From: Lama glama | Taxonomy: Eukaryota | Length of the DNA stretch: 64,000 bases | Direction: 5' to 3' | Assembly: GCA_028534125.1 (NCBI GenBank) | Contig: CM052818.1 | Span: forward strand, 47,618,001 to 47,682,000 | Shown here: piece after piece, positions 59,521 through 64,000 of the stretch | Numbering within the stretch: the first letter of the stretch is position 1 | Layout: every line of letters starts with the position of its first letter | The notes under the pieces: generated by a model | Database searches by the model: none | Seen by the model: the letters and a program-made list of their open reading frames with translations, nothing else | What the model was told of the DNA's origin: nothing | Made by a program: the position numbers and the translations under genes

Positions 59521-62342
59521 AGCCTCTTCAACACTGTACGTTGTCATTCTACTTTACCGTTGTTCGTCTCAGCAGCACAGGAAAACGGGGGCTCCTTTTG
59601 TCTTAATTCAGCCTGCTCCTTTCAAGCCACCTTCAACACACACACAAAATCCAGTGCAAGTCTTTAGGCTATTTGGACTTTATGCTGGACATTTTTCATA
59701 CTATTTCTTTAAATGTTTTCCCTCCAAGTTTCTCCCCATTTTCAGCCTCACTGTCTTCTCAATGTCCAACGTCTACTTCAAAAAGGAAACCCAAAGGATG
59801 TAATTCGAGAACTGCGCATTCCTGGCTACGTCTCTGCTCAGAAGCAGAGAACCGTAGAGCCAAGGGAGCAGACTGTGTCCCAGGGCCCCCACCACATACA
59901 GTTCCTGGGAAAAGACCCAGGTTTCCTGGCACCTGGGGTCCTCCGTACTGAACAAGGCAAACACGAGGCAATGTCTGCGGCCAGCAGCTCCATGGTGGTC
60001 CTTTTACTTGGAATAATTGCCTGTTTTTATTTTCTGTTTTCATTCAAAATGTATGGTTGGTGTTTTGATAAAATCCACTCACTTTCCAGAAGACAGAGTG
60101 GTGGAGGCTGAAGGAGACGCCTCCCCTCACTTTGACTGGGTGAAGGCTTCCTTCCGGGCTTGCCTTCTGACGAGGACGTCTGCCCTGCGGGCGGCTGGGG
60201 AGGCCTGTGAGTGCCCTGGCGGCCTAGGCTCACAGGTGAAGTGGGCATCTGGGAGTTCAGCTTCAGCCTCCCACAGACCAGCACCTGGATGGGTGATGAG
60301 ACTTGGAGCGAGCTCAGTGTGTGCTCCACCTGGGTGCAGAGGAAACAGCCAGTCAGTCAATGACTAGGTTATCCGTCAACAGGCAGGGACTGGTTAATAC
60401 TGAAGCCCTGACCCGCTTCCACCAAGGAAGGTAGTCAATGTCTCAAGATGGGAGGACATGACTCCCCCATCACTTCAGAACTGAACTTACTCTTCAAACA
60501 GCAACACGTGTAAACAGACTGAACCCCACAGATTTGTAAAGAACTCCACCAGTATTTACAACACAAGAAACACAGAAGGTTTACAATGGGTCAGGGAGGG
60601 GCTGTCGGTAAAAGACACAGAGATACACGCCCGGCTCAGGGCACCAAGTGGAAACAGAGGCGCTTAGCCCACCCGCCCCCACCTCACCCCGGCAGGTCGT
60701 CAGCTGCGGAAGGCAGAGCAGAGGGAGGGGAGGAAGCTCTCACAGCAAGGCAGTTGGCACGAATGAGCTGCTTCTGGTTATATTTTAGGAACTGAAATTA
60801 GAAATCAAGGACTTCCTGAAAAATTCTTGAAAGAACATAATAGGAGGAAGTTACAGCCCAGCACGTATTGGCACTGGGCCGTGGGCAGGCCACCTCTGGC
60901 AGCCGACCGGCAGGGCTTGGCTGAGGTTAAGGTAAACCTAGAAAAGGCCTGCACAGGAATGCTCGTCTTCGTCACACTTAACTGAGGAAATCCACGTTAG
61001 AACCACCGCACAGATAGTACCTGAAGTTGTGCGGGGTGAATCAGATGTGCTGGCTTTCCCTCATTCTGCCGTGTGGGTCTGCCCATTCTCAACTAATCCT
61101 CTTGTCATGTTCAGAAATGTTGAGTTAAAGAAACCCTGGGTATTGTTAGAAATCGATGTTTGATCTGCCTGAAGCTGCCTTTGGAGAACTTCCTCCAAGT
61201 TCTGGTGAGAAAGGAAGGTGAACAGGCTATGTCAGCAGCCCAGACAAGGGGCGCGTGGGCTCGGTGCTGCGACTCCCCGCGGTGGTGGGCTCGGTGCTGC
61301 CTGCACGTCATGTGGTGTCTCTGCCTCACACGGGCTGTCACATCCGGGGACACTGTCACGGGACAAGACTCCAGGGCAAGTCCAACCTCGTGGCCCCTCC
61401 CAACCAAACCGTCGGGCAGCTGAGTGAGACCACGGCTTGTCTGGCAGAGGAGGCCTGAAGCACCCCCCCACCCCCGTGCGTTAACACTGGTCCCATGCTC
61501 TTCCCTGTGACCTCCAAGGGAGGGGACAGCCGGGGAGATGACTGGAAGCGCAGAACTCATGGAGACTTCACCCTGCCCCCCAAACCCACCTCCAGCTCTT
61601 TCTGTGCCGTTGTCCACCACTCTCACCTGCGGCATGTTCGGTAAACAGGGCTGCTTGTACGTGGGCCCACGTCTACCTCTACCCACAGGCCTGCTGGGGG
61701 GCATCAGGAGGACCCTCGGGCCCACACGGTCCCCTCGCCAGGGCAGCTCAGGGTCTCCACAGCGATTCTGTCCAACGGCAGGTGTCCTGCGTCTTTCTGA
61801 TAAACACATAGCAAGATTCACAGTGCTTGCTCTTCCCGGGGGGAAGAGATGAGAAATCTGGCTCTGCAGTTAAGGCATGAAATCCCTGATCCCAACTGAA
61901 GGATGAGTAAATGGATGTAAGACTGACCACTGACCCCACCGTCTCGTACAGCTCTCCTCCGACTTAGAATCGGGGCTGATTAGCGTTTCATCACAGAGCA
62001 GTGGGAGCAGCGCGGTTGAAGGGGAAATGGCCTCCGGGAAGCCTGGGAGAGGGGGCTGGGCCTAACGGCCACCAGAGCAGGCGCACTGCCCAGGGCGGGG
62101 GTCCCTGACCGCCCTGGGCTTGTCTGAGAGGAGGCCTCAAAGGACTCAGCCCCAGGACATCCCTTTTCCTTCCCACGCCCTTGACGGTCTGTGATGATTA
62201 AGGTCAAAACCTTGTCTTGCTTAAGTGGGACTGGCGTCAGGATTCTGCACAAAACAGCCCTTACACCACCTGTACCATCGCTTACAGCCTTGAGCTCTGT
62301 GCTTGTGGAAGGGTGGCCAAGGATTAACCCACCTTTTCTGCT

Positions 62343-62540
62343 ATTTTTTTAATTTTATATATATATATGAAGTACAATCAGTTTACAAAGTTGTGTCAGT
62401 TTCTGGTGCACAGCACAATGCTTCAGTCATACATGAACATACATATATTTGTTTTCATTCTTTTTCACTATAAGTTACACAAGATATTGCGTATAGTTCC
62501 CTGTGCGCTGCAGTATAAACCTGTTGCTTATTTTATATGT
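62343..62540 (-). mobile_element. Short young L1 3' end (same group as 48879-49146)
   Basis: 'tgtgtcagtttctggtgcacagcacaatg...acaagatattgcgtatagttccctgtgc' aligns directly with the 48.9 kb copy. Confidence 0.88.
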
Positions 62541-63109
62541 AAATGATCCCTGTGTCTTCTTCACTGGCTTCAGATGTCAGGGGCGGGGGTGGGGGGCACC
62601 CTTAAGAAGTGTGGCTTGTGTTCAGAATGAGCCCCTCACTAAACAGCAGTTGTGGTCCCAGCCTGCACCCAGCACTGGCTTCCTGGGGTCCCAGGTCCTG
62701 CCTGGGAACATGACAGGTCAAGGCCGGTGAGCACCTGGCCCCAGACTCCATCTCTCCCACCGTGTCTTCCTTTCTTTTATCTCCTCTATTCACGGGTGTA
62801 CCTTGTACTTAAACCCTACCACAGGGAGCTAAGCTGCATGTCAGCATTCCCAAGTTCCAACTCCTGAAATAGGCGGTTTTCATGTGTGCCCAAAGAGAGG
62901 TAAACTCTGACTTCTTATTAATATTTCGTGATGTTTGGACTTTAAATGAACAACCCTGTCTGCAAAGAACCCACGCACGTGAGCAGTCTCAGCACAGCCA
63001 CGTGGAGTCCCCCAGCCTCAGAGGACGTCTGCGTGAGTCACTGGACGCCCCTGCGTTGTGGGTGCCGGGACCCGGGAGGGGTCAGGGTGCCGGCAACCTG
63101 CACTGCGCT

Positions 63110-63402
63110 GTTTCTGAAGTGTGGCCAATCTACAGTGTTGCGTTAGTCTCAGGTGTACAGTAAAGTGACTTGGTTACACACACACGTATATGCTTTTTAG
63201 GTTGTTTTCCATTACAGGTTTTTACAGTTGCCTATGCTCTACAGTAGGACGTTGTTGTTTTTCATCTGTTTCATACATTGTAGTTTGTATCTGCTGCTCC
63301 CAAACTCCTCGTTTATCCCTCCCCGCCACATCCCGCTTTCTGGTGACCATAGTTTGTTTCATATGCCTTTGAGTCCGTTTCTGTTTTGTAAATAAGTCCA
63401 TT
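63110..63402 (-). mobile_element. L1 3' UTR (cetartiodactyl type)
   Basis: 'tcaggtgtacag', 'cccaaactcc...tttatccctcccc' and 'ggtgaccatagtttgttt...gagtccgtttctgttttgtaaataagt'. Confidence 0.85.
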
Positions 63403-63539
63403 GTTCTGTCGCTACCAGAATGAGCTGCAAGACAGCGGAGGGTCTCCTACAGCTTTGCGTCTCTCTCCAGGTGCCCCTGGGCAAACCCAGGGAGCTGCCT
63501 GTGTTCCACCACACGGCTTCTTGCTGAGCGTTGTCACCG

Positions 63540-63800
63540 AGAGATTGAAGGCTTGAGCGCCGGAGCCCGGCACAGCACAGAAGACTCCCCCGAGGCTGCG
63601 GTCCCGGAGACGAGGGGTTGTCCCTGCTCCCCTCCGCTCCTCCCGGGCGAGGAAGCCGCTCTGGCCGCCCGCTTTTGTGGGCTCGTCAGTGGCCGCCCCC
63701 CCGGGCCCAGTCCCACTGTCTCGCTTCCAGAAGAACAGGGGCTCAGCCCTTCAAGACACGCGGATGAGCTGCAGCCTTTTATGCGGCTCCGCGTTCATTT
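63540..63800. other. GC- and CpG-dense patch
   Basis: Roughly one CpG per 10 bp over 63555-63725 by eye. It is short for a classical CpG island. Confidence 0.5.
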
Positions 63801-64000
63801 CAGAGTTCCGTTTGCCAAGTCTGTGTCTCCTGCGGGGCCTTTTCTCCTTTGGGCATGAGCATCCGTGAGCTGGCCGGGCCTGGCAGGGTTTCCTGCTGCA
63901 ACAGTGACGCCTGCTGTCGAGGACAGAGCTGGCGATTTTTCCCAGAGGCGTCTCCATGGGGCCACGATGGCTTTCAGACTTCCAGCTTCTGGAAGGATAT

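Noticed and set aside
61111..61821. Longest real ORF (236 aa, minus strand); also 24992-25588 and 28505-29047
   Set aside because: GC-rich sequence is depleted of stops. The translations are R/G/P/S-rich with no family similarity I can recognise.
1..64000. The roughly 250 six-frame ORFs as protein-coding genes
   Set aside because: They are short, overlap on both strands, often use non-ATG starts and show no recognisable domains or consistent exon chain. The only recognisable peptides are decayed L1 and L2 ORF2 pieces.

Overview
This is mammalian nuclear DNA with no protein-coding gene, RNA gene or CRISPR array that I can support. It reads as intergenic or deep intronic sequence densely filled with old interspersed repeats: L2, MIR, L1M/HAL1-type fragments, MaLR/ERVL/ERV1 solo LTRs and hAT-Charlie MERs. 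Several younger L1 3' ends are of cetartiodactyl type. No Alu, B1, Bov-tA/BovB, PRE1 or Can-SINE was recognised, so a camelid source is my best inference, not a verified one. Two runs of exactly 500 N (25929-26428, 42048-42547) split the window into three contigs. The only recognisable ORFs are decayed retroelement pieces: L1 ORF2 at 44189-44437 and 45013-45246, and the L2 endonuclease at 11270-11638. I did not find a convincing new biological system. The best leads are a near-perfect CTCF site, two motif-rich repeat-free enhancer candidates, two local direct duplications (106 bp at about 90% identity, and a perfect 35 bp), a pre-miRNA-sized hairpin, a nested L2>L1>L1 stack with internal deletions, and an apparent AT-to-GC substitution bias in L1 copies. 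Repeat subfamily names come from recalled consensus sequences, and boundaries are approximate unless stated.
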